From NCBI GenBank assembly GCA_001179505.1, contig CDMY01000480.1, positions 4,411 to 68,410 of the forward strand: DNA of 64,000 nt, in the 5' to 3' direction. Below are positions 1-12,082 of this stretch, in pieces (within the stretch, counting starts at the first letter, position 1; each line of letters starts with the position of its first letter). This DNA is from Vitrella brassicaformis CCMP3155. Its lineage: Eukaryota; Protista; Chromerida. The position numbers and the translations under genes were made by a program. The notes beneath the pieces were generated by a model, which did no database searches, was not told the origin of the DNA, and saw only the letters and a program-made list of their open reading frames with translations.

Positions 1-20
1 GATGCGTGTGTTGTGTTCAG

Positions 21-274
21 GCGATATCGATGTTGTGTGAGGTGTGGTTCGAGCGCTACCCCTCTGACCTCAATGACCTGGCCAGAGGTGGGTCAGATAC
101 ACACAAGCATCCAGACAGACAGACGAGACAGCCATGGGAGCGCACAGTTATCTGCCTGTGTGTGTGTGCCCAGGTATTGTGTCGGTGAGTGAAGATGATG
201 GGCTGCCCGTGCTGGTCACAGACATTGTGCGGCCTTTGGCCTTCCTCATTGGGGCCATCAATCAGCCCTCATAG
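21..274 (+). CDS. 3' end of an unidentified gene that starts left of the window (last two exons 21-87 and 174-274)
   Basis: GT-AG intron 88-173 joins ...SMLCEVWFERYPSDLNDLAR|GIVSVSEDDGLPVLVTDIVRPLAFLIGAINQPS* in frame. TAG at 272-274. No family recognised. Confidence 0.55.
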
Positions 275-507
275 ATAGGTAGACCTGACTCGGTGGGTGT
301 CCCCTTACTGTGCATACTGACTGACTGCATGACTACATCCACCGTGAGTGACACTGCCTGCATTCTTTGTCAAATTCTTGAAAGAAGCTTGTTTTGTGAA
401 GGTCCCTGACGATTTAAATGTCAGATGTGCACGTCTGTCCAGCTCAACTGCAGTGCGATGGATGTGTTTGACGCGCTCTAACTCGAAGATCTGCAGCGGC
501 CTTCGTA

Positions 508-1141
508 ATGGCGATAGACGTGGACCGGCTGAACATGATGAGTGCCGATGAGGCGCGGGAGGCCTTCCTGCAGTGCTGCCACTCATCGCGATGGGCCATC
601 AGGATGGAAACACTCAGGCCATTCGCGTAAGCAACGGAACGCACCACACCAGACATAACACATCACCGCTCACTGCCGCACCGCACCCCTGCGTGTGTAT
701 CTGTGCACTCTGTGTGTGTGTCCGAGCTTTCTTCTCAGTTCGCTGGATGAGCTGGAGGCGGCAGCAGACCGCATCTGGGACAATCTGTCAGAGCCAGACT
801 GGCTGGAGGCCTTCAGAGGCCACCCAAAGATAGGCGACGTGGACCAGCTCCGGCAGAAATTCGCCGCAACCGCCGCCATGTGCGAGAACGAGCAGGCCGG
901 GGCGAGATCTGCCTCTGAGGCCGTGTTGCGGCGACTAAAGGAGGGCAACGATCAGTACCAGGGTCAGAACGGGTTCATCTTCATCGTCTGTGCGACGGGC
1001 AAGTCGGCGGGCGAGATGCTGGCTTTGCTGGAGGAGCGGCTCAAGAACAACCGGCGGGTGGAGTTGGCGAATGCCTGTGCGGAGCAGGCCAAGATCACCA
1101 AGCTGCGGCTGAGGAAAGTGTGCACCAAGGCCAGCCTGTGA
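508..1141 (+). CDS. uraD: OHCU decarboxylase (2-oxo-4-hydroxy-4-carboxy-5-ureidoimidazoline decarboxylase; urate degradation)
   Basis: Exons 508-626 and 739-1141. MAIDVDRLNMMSADEAREAFLQCCHSSRWA...WLEAFRGHPKIGD...EQAGA...GFIFIVCATGKSAGEMLALLEERLKNN...EQAKITKLRL carries the HPxIG catalytic His, EQ, GFxFIVCA and EQxKITxLRL motifs. Confidence 0.93.
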
Positions 1142-1702
1142 TTATGGTTTTGTGTGTGTCGTGTGGGGGGGGTCGTCTCGTGGACGTGACGTTGTTGTGT
1201 GACGTGTGATGTGTTGGCTTTATCCGAGATGAGCATGGTAGGGTGGTTGGATACATAATGGAGGGAGCTGTTACGAGAGTGTCATTGTTCTGTGATTGTC
1301 ACTACAAAGGGGGTGGGGGGCTTACGTGCAGTTGGCTTACTGACTCACCGGTGGGTGACCCATCGAGTTGCGGTCAACCAAGTGCATCCATCACGATGGT
1401 ATGTATTGATTGAGTGCCGAGTGTGCGCTGCGCATCCGCATCTGTCGGTCGGTCGGTCCCTCCCTCGCTGGGCTGGGTGCATCCAATCCATCTATCCATC
1501 CACATCTGTCTGTCTGTCTGTCCACGTCCGCCCATCCGTTCCTTCCATCAACCACCGGTGACGGACCCACACGGGCGAAAAACAAATAACAGGCAGGCGA
1601 CATCCATCCACCCACCCACACCCACCCACACGGCTGGGCTCGACGCCATCCGTCTCGTCTTCATCTCTGCCGCCCGTCCGCCCGTCCGTCGTTCATCTCA
1701 TC

Positions 1703-4700
1703 TCATCTGGTGGGGGGGTATTGCGTCGTGTAGGGGTTGACGTATGCGTCGTACGACCGGTCGCGCAGAGTGGCGCCACCACCTCCGGCACCAGCACCAG
1801 CACCCGACCGGTGCAGAGCGCGATGGAGACGCCTTTCCAGGCCCCTGGCGATCTGTGAACACACACAGACACGCACATCATGTGGTCGTGTGCGTCGTGG
1901 GGGGAACATTTCTTTGCAAACGCCGACGTGAGTGAGTAACCTGTTTCATTTGTGCGTTGAGGAGTGTCTGGTTGTTCTCTGCCCGAATGGCGCTGGTGTT
2001 GTCGTCATGCTGCCGCGCGCGGCGTGCCGCGACATCCCATTCCTCCATCTCCTTGTTCCACCGCTGCAGACTCGACAGCTCTAAACGGCCGGCCACACAC
2101 ACAGACAGGGGTGAGGGAGGGGTGAGCGATGGGGAACAGCGGTGCTCGCCTCGCCTCGCCTCGCCTCGCCTCGCCTCGCCCACCTGCCTCTACAAGCTCC
2201 CTCATGCGCTGTTCGTAGCCGTCCCGATCCATCAGCTGCCGCTGCAACCTGCACATGGTTAACCATATATAGCCTGTCTGGTCCGTTTGTGTCTCGCTGT
2301 GCCGGTCTGGTGCGGTGCCGACCTGGCGATTTTGCCCTCGTATTTGGCCCTGAGTTTCTCGAATCGCTCGGCCACGCGGCCGTCGACCAGCTTGGCGTAG
2401 TTCTCCTCCCTCTCGCGCTCGGCCACTTCCACACGCTGATGCATTCACAGACGCAACACACACAGAAGAGATGGGCATATGGGGTGCAGCGGCCCTCCAG
2501 CAGCCTGTCCTGCCCTGCCCTGCTCACCTTGAGCTCCTCCCGGATGCGCACGAGGTCGGCCGTCTCCTAAATGAATCAAACAGAGGTGAATCATGGATGG
2601 ATGGATGGATGGATGCGGCTGCATGTCATGTCGTCTCTCGTCCGATCTGCCTGCCTGCCTGCCTGTGTGTTGTGTGTTTGTGTGCCCTCTGGACCTTTTT
2701 GAGTTCTGCAATGGTGGCGTCCTTGCTCCTGGCGAGCTTCTGCAACTTGTAGCACGTCCCCTCCAGGTCCTGCATACACACACACACACACACACCTCTT
2801 GCATTGCAATGGCCCCCACCTCCTGTCTGTGTCCTCCCCCATCCATCCAGCCAGCCAGCCAGCCATCCAGCCAGCGACCCATACATACTCGTCTGTGGTG
2901 GTCGAGGTCGAGTTTTTCGCGCATGAGCCGCTGTTTGTCGTCCTCCAGCTGGACGGCTCGGGTGGCGGCCGTCTTCATCTCCGCCAACCTGTTGGAACTC
3001 TCCAGCAACTCTCGCTCCAGACGGATGCGGCCATTGACGGCGTCCTGACACGCGCACACACACATACACACACAAGACAATCCACCCATCCCGAGGCATG
3101 CCATCTCTGTCCTGTCCATGTGTGTGTATGCGTGTGTGTACCTGCAGGCTGGCCGTGAGCCGCTCCCGGTCCAGTTCAAGCTGTCTACGCGCCTCGTCAG
3201 ACTCCTGAACGAAGGAAACTTTGAATGATGTGAACACGACACTGCTGCCTGCCTGCCTGCCTGCCTGCCTTTGCCCTGTGTGTGGTTAAGGTACCTACCT
3301 GCAGCTGTTTGAGCGTGTAGCGGAGGTCGGCGTTCTCGCGGGTCAGTGTCACCAGCCGCTCATGCGCCTGTCGTGTCAGTGGGCGGACATATCAACAGGG
3401 AGGCACATCCAGCTGGCAACACACATATAGATGAGCTCACTGAGCTTCAGTCATCTCACCTGCGATCGTTCCGTCCGCAGTGTCTGGATATTCTGTTGGT
3501 AGACCTCACACTTGGCGCGGAACTCGGCCGCCTCCTCATACTGCGCCCGCACCCCACCCAGCTCCTCCTGCAACACAAATGCCATCGATGCATCCATCGA
3601 GGACCAACATACGTAGATGAGTGTCGTCCATAACGTGACATGACAGAGACCGACCTTGACAGCAGTGAGCTGGGTGTCGGCGGTCCTGAGGCGCTCCAGC
3701 TCGGCCTGTGCCTCCTCGAGCGAGCCCCGGACCTCTGTCAGCTCGGTGTGGGTGGTCTCTAGGCGCGTCGCAGTGGTCTGCAGAGCCTCCTCGAGCTGGG
3801 TCCTACACACACATACACTCGAGGTGAAAGGGAGGGTGGTGCATGTGGTCTGCAGAAAGCCAGACCGACCTACCTGGCCTCCCTCTCGTCGAGGAGTTCC
3901 TGCTCTATGGCCCCGATCTGGGTGTCCTTCTCCTCAAGCGCCAGCTGGTGATCACGAGCCAAGGTGTCCTTGAAGCTCTCAAGCCGAGTCGTTGCTGCCG
4001 CCTCCTGCTCCTGCACTCACTCACACCACACACACACACATGGATCCCTTGAGCAGACAGGACAGGCTCATTTCTCGCGTCCCCGCGCAGCCCGCCCCGC
4101 GTACGTTGACTTGGGTGTCCTTTTCCTGCAGCCGCTGCTGGAGGTGAGTGCTCTCGGTGGACAGCTCACTGAGGCGGTTCTCGAGGTCTGTGATGGCAGA
4201 GTCCTTGGCTGCGATGGCCTCCTCCTTGGCAGCGATGTCGTCACGGCACTTCTGTAGCTCCTCCCGCACGTCAGCAAGACCGTCCAGCTCCTCCTCGGCC
4301 GCTCGCTGCAGCTCATCCATCTCGTGCTCTGCAAAACCGTGAGTGACAACATACATCAACCACAAAGGCAGCAAGGAAGGGATGGATGGGAGATGGAGGC
4401 ACTGATAGGATAGCATCGAATCGATGTGCGGAACGGACCGAGCTCTCTGGTGCGTTCCTCAAGCTTGGCGATGGTGTCGTCCTTCTCGGCCAGCTGTGCC
4501 TGGTCGCTGTCGAGGGCCTCGGCAGCCCGTGTGAGCTCCCTCTCATACTCCTCCTTCTGCTCCTCCAGCTCCTCTACACGCCGCCTCTGACCACACAATT
4601 AAGTCAGATCACACACCCCCACAAGACAACGAAACACCCAAACAACACAACACACCAATTCACTCACTGCAAACCTGCAGAGGGATGAGTGTCCTGTTCG

Positions 4701-4903
4701 CTTCTTCTCCTCTGCCATTTCATTCATCATGTGGTAAGTGGCTTTACCTCTTCATCGAGTTCTTCCCTGAGCTCCTCGACGGCCTCCCTGACGCGCATCA
4801 GGAAGGCCTGGCTGTTGGGGTCCAGCTCCTCGCCGCCCTCGCCCGTCTGCGTCAGCTGAGCCATGTCCATCCCTGCGATGATGCTGCTGCGACGGCCTGA
4901 CAT
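1703..4903 (-). CDS. Multi-exon long coiled-coil protein, function unknown
   Basis: ATG at 4903 (MSGRRSSIIAGMDMAQ...). Many E/K/R/L-rich heptad exons are separated by GT-AG microsatellite introns. The last exon ends ...YVNPYTTQYPPTR* (TGA 1703-1705). Confidence 0.7.
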
Positions 4904-5263
4904 GACGATGGATGCCGCCAAAGGAAAGGAGGAGTCCCGATATACAACACCAAGACGATGACCTGACGCCTCGATGGAGGCCGCTCGCAAGTGAAGGCGA
5001 CGAAAGTCACTGAAAATGGAACGAGAGCAACGACGGAGCTAGCGCGTCTATCGTTCAGAAGGTCCTGCCAGGGCAGATACTGAGACAATCTGGTGGGCGA
5101 CCGGGGGCTGAAATAACGAGCGAGAAGCGCCTCTCCTTCTTTCCCCGTCCGCGCGGCATTTGTGGTCAGATACCGGAGGTGAGAAGATCTGGAATCCATC
5201 TGTCGCATCTCGCCTTCAAAATCACCACCCTTGTTGACGTTTTCCATCTGATCAGACGCCGCG

Positions 5264-7257
5264 ATGGTCTGCCGCGCTGCTGCTCTTCTTATCCTTTGCG
5301 GATGGGCGTGTGGGTGCTGGGCCCAGCTGCAGCCCCGTGGACTCCAAGTAGATAATGGCATCGAAAACGCCCCAAAAGTATCCGGTGGTGAGTGGGCTGG
5401 CTGGGGTGGCAAAAGGGCGATGCGATGATGCTGAGAAATGCCTTTCTGGTCTGTTTCCCCATCTCAGCGACAGTTGAAGATGTGTTGAACCTCACCGAAG
5501 CCCTCCAGCCCTTCGCAGCCGGCGATTCCCTCCAGGCCATCTCCGTCACCGACCGGTTCCTGGTCATCCCTCCACAGCCGTCCAGCACCAGCCCCCCGTC
5601 ACTCAGCGCATCGCAGCCCAGCAACAACCCGCTGGTGCACGACGCCCCTGTGCTCGTCTTTCGTGCCACAACGGCTCCCGAGAAACAAGAGCTCTTCATC
5701 GTGGGCTTGGCCGACAAGCCTCAGCTGAAGCGTCTTGAGCTGCCCGCGTCAATCACGCCGGCCGACTCGGACAAGGACCTGGACTTTGTGACGATGCCCG
5801 GCGACGCCAAGACGGGCGCGTTGCTCGATGGGAGATACTACACGGTTGCCGAGTACACCGACAAGTCACTGGTGCTCTTTGGCGTGGAGCTGGACAGCCG
5901 CGGGGGTGCCCTTGCCACCCCGATGGGCGTCATTGGGACGGCCGACACGGCCAGCCACGAGCTGGCGGTGTTCGACGGCAAACTGTGGGTATATGGGGAG
6001 CGCGCGTCGTCCACAGGCGTGTTCATCATCAGCCCTCCCCCGCTGCCGCGTCGCCTCACTCCCTGGCTGATGGACACCGACACATCAGCGGTCGGCACAC
6101 TGCAGCTGCGCGACGGCAGCTCCCTCCCGCGGTCACCTGCGTGGCGGCCCCTGACCTTCATCAATGGCCAGTTCTACTTCGTGGCCGGGAGGGGTGACAT
6201 GTTCATCGCCGAGAAGATGCGCAACGGCATCGACGGGCGTGACGGGAGGGAGATCGAGATGACCGAGGGCATCACCAACGCCAACGCACATCTGCTCAGA
6301 CAGCGGGAGGGCGGCAGGGACACCTACCAGGCCGTCCGGATGAGCGCATCGGCTCGTGGGCTGCTTGACCAGGAGGCCGGGGTGCGTGTGACAGCCAATC
6401 GGACCAACGGAGCGTTCGCTGTGTGGACGGGACGACTGTGTTTTGCTGGTGCGGCGGGAGATGGAACTGCGGGTATTCTCTGCTACAATCCCCGGGATGA
6501 CGACGTGCGACTCATGCCCGACCAGAAGAGACGCAACCAGGTAATACCTACTGGACGGAATCAGACAACAACTCAATAGTTGTTCCCATTGCGTGCGGTT
6601 CATGCGACAGGTGGGTGTCGCGATGCCCTCTAAGCCGCTCGCCTTCACTGTGGTCCATGACGCGATCGCGAGGCAGCCCGTCATATACTTCAGGTATGTA
6701 TGTATCCAAACACACACACTGCCAAACGGCGCCTTCTCTGTCGCCCCCCCGTCCGTCCATACGCAGTGCGCTCGTTGCTGTGTTTGTGTTTTCGCAGTGC
6801 GGTTGAGAAGGATTCCCCGCACTCGGGCAGGAAACTCTTCTACTTCGACGGCGAGGCCATCCATCCGGTGGCCGTCCCCCCATCCAGCATGACATCGGCC
6901 GCCACCCAGCCCCTCACCCCCGTGCACCCACAGACAGCAGCCACACCAGCCGACACGCCGGCAGCCACCAACCTGCGAGGAGGCGACACATCGGTGGCCC
7001 TGAAGGCCCCGGCCCCAACGAGTGGGGAAGACCAGCCGGGGCGTGTACTGTTTGGGGGGCAGCATCCGAAGCTGGGGACGACCATCTATGAGATGGAGAT
7101 TTGGGGCAAGGGCAGGGAGGAGCGGGTCATCAAGCCGATCGACGTCAGCGGCAGCGAGCCGAGAGGCTATGGGAGCCTCGGCACGTCGGCACTGTATGTG
7201 GCGGTAGAGCGGGATGGGCACCTGGTGCTCGTCAAGGTGACGCCCACCGAGGGCTGA
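5264..7257 (+). CDS. Secreted beta-propeller-like repeat protein (ELWxxDGT-like blades)
   Basis: Exon 1 (5264-5387) encodes a signal peptide, MVCRAAALLILCGWACGCWAQ, and splices in frame to 5468-6540, 6611-~6692 and ~6798-7257. Repeated blade-like motifs: LAVFDGKLWVYG, LTFINGQFYFVAG, FAVWTGRLCFAG, VIYFSAVEKDSPHSGRKLFYFDG. Confidence 0.72.
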
Positions 7258-8243
7258 TCGATGGATGGATGGATAGCATAGCTTAGCTGTACGTTATAGA
7301 TCCAATCAATGTCCGGCCGGTAGATCGATAGGCGAGGGAGGGAGGAACAGACAGACAGACAGACGTCTGCGAGTTTTCCGGTTCGTTCTCTCTTTTTCTG
7401 TGTGTAGAAAGATACATGTCATGTAGAATCGGGTGGGCGCAATTCATTCGGGGGGTTTGGCTGTTTTGTTTGCTGCTTTGCTTACCATGTGGCTGGCCCC
7501 AATTGAGCTAAGTGACGGCGATTTAAGTAGCTGCGAGAAAAAAATGTCGTGTCGTGACTCGTGACTAGACACACACACATACAATTGGCAAGACACGCAC
7601 ACACACACAGTGAGACGGTGTCCACACACCTGTGTGCGGGCGGACAGATAAACAGTTATGGTTTGTCCGACGCCGACAAATGTTATTCATTATACATACA
7701 GTCCTTACACTCAATGCAATGCTTTTGTTCCCTATATATCATATGTGATGGGACTCATCCATCAGCCATCCCCCTGTCTGTCCGTCCGTCTGTCTGTCTG
7801 TCTGTCTGTGTGTGGCCGCACACACTACCACTCACCAGAGATGGATGGATGGATGGCAGACAGCCAGCAGCGAGAACAAGCGTCCGAAAATGCATGACTT
7901 CTTCGCCCACAACGAAAACGAGAGATCGAAACCCACAGTGCAAACGTCAAGGCGATGGCCTCACAACGAACCATTCACAGGCCTCACAACGAACCATGTT
8001 CGCCTCCTTGGTCCGGGGCCCCATATTTCAATGCGAGCTCAAGCAGATCTGCAAACGATCCGCTCTCTTCGCCGGCTCATGCACTGGTGACCAGGTGGTT
8101 CATGAGGATCGATAGGCGTCACAACAACAACAAAACGCCGTAGATCTGGTTCCTTGGATCTTCACTCCCACCCATCTCTTCACGTGGATCCACCGCTACT
8201 CGTGGACGTCGGTTCTGTCGGTTCCTTCTGTCGGCAGTGACTA

Positions 8244-11200
8244 ATGGGGCTGGGTCAGAAACCCCTCAAGACTCCGGGCGACCCCTACCGCTGGCTGACC
8301 CCCTTTCGAGCCGTCAAGCAGGCTGCAGCGGCGCTTCGGTCCTTGGGAGAGAAGCAGACGCCCCTGGACGGTCTCATCGAGTCCAACCGGCGCTTGCTAC
8401 GGCCGGATGGGTATCTCGATCTCAGCGAGCTGCCGTCAACCGTCACTGTCAAGGCCCTGAGGAACGTCCGCACGGCCATCGAGCGGCAAAGTCAGGAGGC
8501 AGAGGCCAGCACCGACCCGCAGGCCGCCGCCACTGGCCTCTTGCAGTGCACGGAGCTCGGCAAGTTCGCTCAGAAGTTATTTGCAGGACTCAATGAAGTT
8601 CGGCGGCTCTCCTTGGCCAACCAGGTTGCTATGACGCGGCTGGCCCTGCAGACAAGCGAGCTGGAAAAGCAGTGTGTCAAGAAGGCTTTGACGGCCATCA
8701 CCAATCAGCACAGCTCGAGCGGCAACAGCAACGAGAGCGGTCGGCAGGCTCAGCCTGCCGAGGCCGTCGACAAGCGGCTGGTTTCCTCCCCAGCAATCGA
8801 CTTCAGATTGGCTTTGGCTCACCGGATCGGCGAGAGGGCCAGGGATGATGTCCTGACGCGGCTGAATGCCTGTGAGGAAGCATTGCTGAAGATGGTTACC
8901 CTGGCGCCTAAGGGCGGTACGCCTCACCTCGAGGTCCACGTGAGCGAGGTCACAGCATCGGATCGGTTCAAGAGCGACTACCGCAAGTCCAAAAAGAGCG
9001 ACATCCTGAAGGTCCCCATCCAGCGTGTCAATTTTGAGTACCTCGTGGCGGTTTTCAACTCGGCAGAGGCGCGGCGGCAGTTGTGGGAAATATATGCCAA
9101 GGACATGGACGACGAGAAGATCGCCGACGCCATGCTGCGGGTGCTGCGGGTGCGGCAGGAGATGGCCCATGCGATGGGCTACAAGTGCTGGGGCGACATG
9201 CAGATACACAAAAGGTGAGGGAGGGGACTAACCAAGGCAAGCAGACGCATCGCATCAATTTCGTGGGCTCTCCTCCCCTCACTCACCTGCGGTGCGGTGC
9301 ATTCAGGATGGTTGAGACCCGAGGCAGCATTCGCCAGCTCCATCGCGATGTGCAGACTGCCCTCCACGCCCCCCTGCAGTCGGTGATCAAGAATGTGCTC
9401 AGGTCCATCAGCCTGCAGGAGCGGCAAAGCGGCAAAGCGCCCGCGAGGAAGCGGCAGCCGGGCGGGGGAGGTGGCAGTGAGTCAAAGATCGACTACGTCG
9501 ACTTCCAACACTTCGCCATGAACGTGTGAACAAATGTGTCTGTCGGCTGGTCACTCTGCCTACGCGACACTACACGTGCTCTCTGTGTGTATGGTGGTGG
9601 TGTGTGTGCAGGAGGTTGGATACCAGCAGGGTTTTGACCTGATGGATTACTTCTCGCAGCAGTATTCGGTGCCAAAGATCCTCGAGATGCTGTCGGAGCT
9701 GCACGGCTTCCACATCGAGCTCGTCCCAACGGATGTCTCCAACCTCGGCTGGCCACCCAACTACCAGATCCACGCCGTATACGACAGGCAGGAGCACCAG
9801 GTGGCCCCCGACACCGCCCGCCCGATCGTCTTCCTCTACTTGGCCTGCACGCAGCACGCAACACTTCTCGACTTTGTCCGGGTGCCGATTCCCGTCAACA
9901 TCCCCCCACACGCGCAGAAGCTGGCCGAGGGTCACATCAAGGTGTATGTGCCCAACATGCCCCACAACCCAGGACTGGCACTGCCGCTCAACCTCTCCCT
10001 GGTTGGTATATGTGGTACTCAATATATATCTACCCCCTTAAGCCGGGGATGGATGGATGGATGTGTGTGGTTGCGTTGTGTGTGTTCAGGTCTCGACCAT
10101 TTGTCATGAGTTGGGTCATGCGGTGCACTACATCCACCAGATGCGGCACCAGCGGCGGCTCAGACACGCCCAGCCACTGACGGCAGGGGAGGCCAGGTGG
10201 AGACAGGTACCTACCTGATGGATGGATGAATGGATGGATGGGCCGGCCAACAAACAATCAAGCCAACCATGCCATGCCATGTGTGTTTGTCATCTCTCTC
10301 CGTCTCTCTGTGTCGTGTGTGTCTGCACGCACTCACTTAGGCGGAGGCATCCGATGCGTTTTGGGACGTGGAGCTCCCGACCGACATCCAGGAAACGGCC
10401 GCCGTATACCACGAGTAAGTCACGGCGACTAAGGGCACAGCGCAGGCAGTCGGGCAGCTAGCACGGACAATCCTTTGTCCCCCTGTCTGTTTGTTTCCTT
10501 GGCTCAGGCACCTGTTTCGGGACCCGAGTGTGCTCGCAAATATCAGCAAGCACATCAAGGACGGCACGCCCCTGCCGTCATATCTCGCCAAGTAAGACTG
10601 GCAGGCAGGCAGGCAGGCAGGCAGGCAGCGAGTGGTCGAGCAAGGGCCTGAGGGAGGGTAGGGTCAGGTCAAGTGGTGGAATGAGTGGAAGCGTGTGAGT
10701 CCGTCCGTCCTTTGACTGTCTGTCAGGGTGTGCCCGTTCGATGTCCTCTACCACCTGCAGTATCTGCAGTGGTCGGAGATTGACGACCATATCCACGGGC
10801 CGGACCTCGACCCAAACAAGTACGCCATGGTGCACTCACTCCACACCCCCCCCATCTCTCTCCCTCTCTCTCTGGTGCGTGCATCCGTCAATCCGTCAAT
10901 CTGCAGGTGCACAGCGGCCGAGCTGGTGTCGACAATGGGGTCCATCTTCACCAAGATGCTGCCCGTCAACCTCCCCAACAACTGGACCGCACCCCTACTC
11001 AAGAACTGGATGATCTTCGCCTTCACAAGGTTGGTTAGGAGTGTGTGATTCTTGCACCTCACACACACACACAGCCAGCCACACACGCATCCACGCATGT
11101 GTCGCTGTCTGTCTGCCTGTCTGTCTGTTTGCCTGCTTATGTCAGCATGGGATACGCCGGCATCACCAGCGTCTACCTGTGTGCCCATGTCCGCGCGTCA

Positions 11201-11482
11201 TGCGCAGTGGCCGCGTACCGCCGCGCCAGGCAGAACAAGGCGGCCCTGGCAGCCTACTCGGAGAAGCTGCAGGGCTTCCTGCAGCACCCCGTCTACCCTG
11301 ACGCGGCCTTCCGACTGCACTCCACACTGGACCCCTCCCAGGGGCCGCTCGACCCCACACTGCCGGGCATTTACGGCAAGGCCAGAAACACACAGCAGCC
11401 ACAAAATGGCGACAAGAGTGGACAGCAGCTGAGGGGCCTGTTTGCTTGGAAGGCGCACCCGGCGGAGCACCTTCTTGGGTGA
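8244..11482 (+). CDS. M3-family zinc metallopeptidase (thimet oligopeptidase / intermediate peptidase-like)
   Basis: Spliced exon from 10090 reads VSTICHELGHAVHY (HExxH at 10105-10119). It is followed by LPTDIQETAAVYHEHLFRDPSVLANISKHIKDGTPLP, matching the M3 third-ligand region. The upstream RQEMAHAMGYKCWGD is also typical of M3. Confidence 0.85.
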
Positions 11483-12082
11483 GGTGATGGTGCATATGGT
11501 GATTGTGTGATGGCTGGGTGGGTGGGGCTGCCTGCCTGCCTGCGTGTCTGAGGGAGGTGTGTGTGCGCTCTGTCTGTGCATTGCAAGGGTGTTGATAACG
11601 AGTCGATTGACAGCAGGAGAGGATGAGTGGAGTGGTAGGTAGATCCAGCTGTGGGCTGTCGCAGACAAGACAAGGCCTGTCCTGTCAGCAGATATCTCTG
11701 TTGTTGAATGCAATGACATCATCAGTAAGTAGTGTGTCAACATGCACTGCATGAGACCGACCATTTTGCCTGCTGTCTCGGAATGTCACACACACACACA
11801 CACAGCACATGGCGCGCACCTCGGCGGCCCCCCTTGAGGGGGCGCAGCGAAGCAAAGAGCAAGCCGCAAACTGTCCCAGCCAGTGCAAAAAAGACGACGA
11901 GGCAAACGCCCACGCGCTTGCCCAATTCACCCCCACCCCCACCTACCCTTCCTCAATCTCACCTCACCCACCGCGCGGGCTGTGAATCTATGTGTGTGCC
12001 TATGCTACAGAGCCCTCCCTCTCTCTCCATCCACACACACATGTGTGACGGCGTGGTTGATTGAGTGGCTGGGTCGGGTGAG

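Noticed and set aside
7955-8000. 18-bp direct repeat GGCCTCACAACGAACCAT x2 in intergenic DNA
   Set aside because: Only two copies with a short spacer and no cas genes, in a eukaryotic context. A local slippage duplication, not CRISPR.
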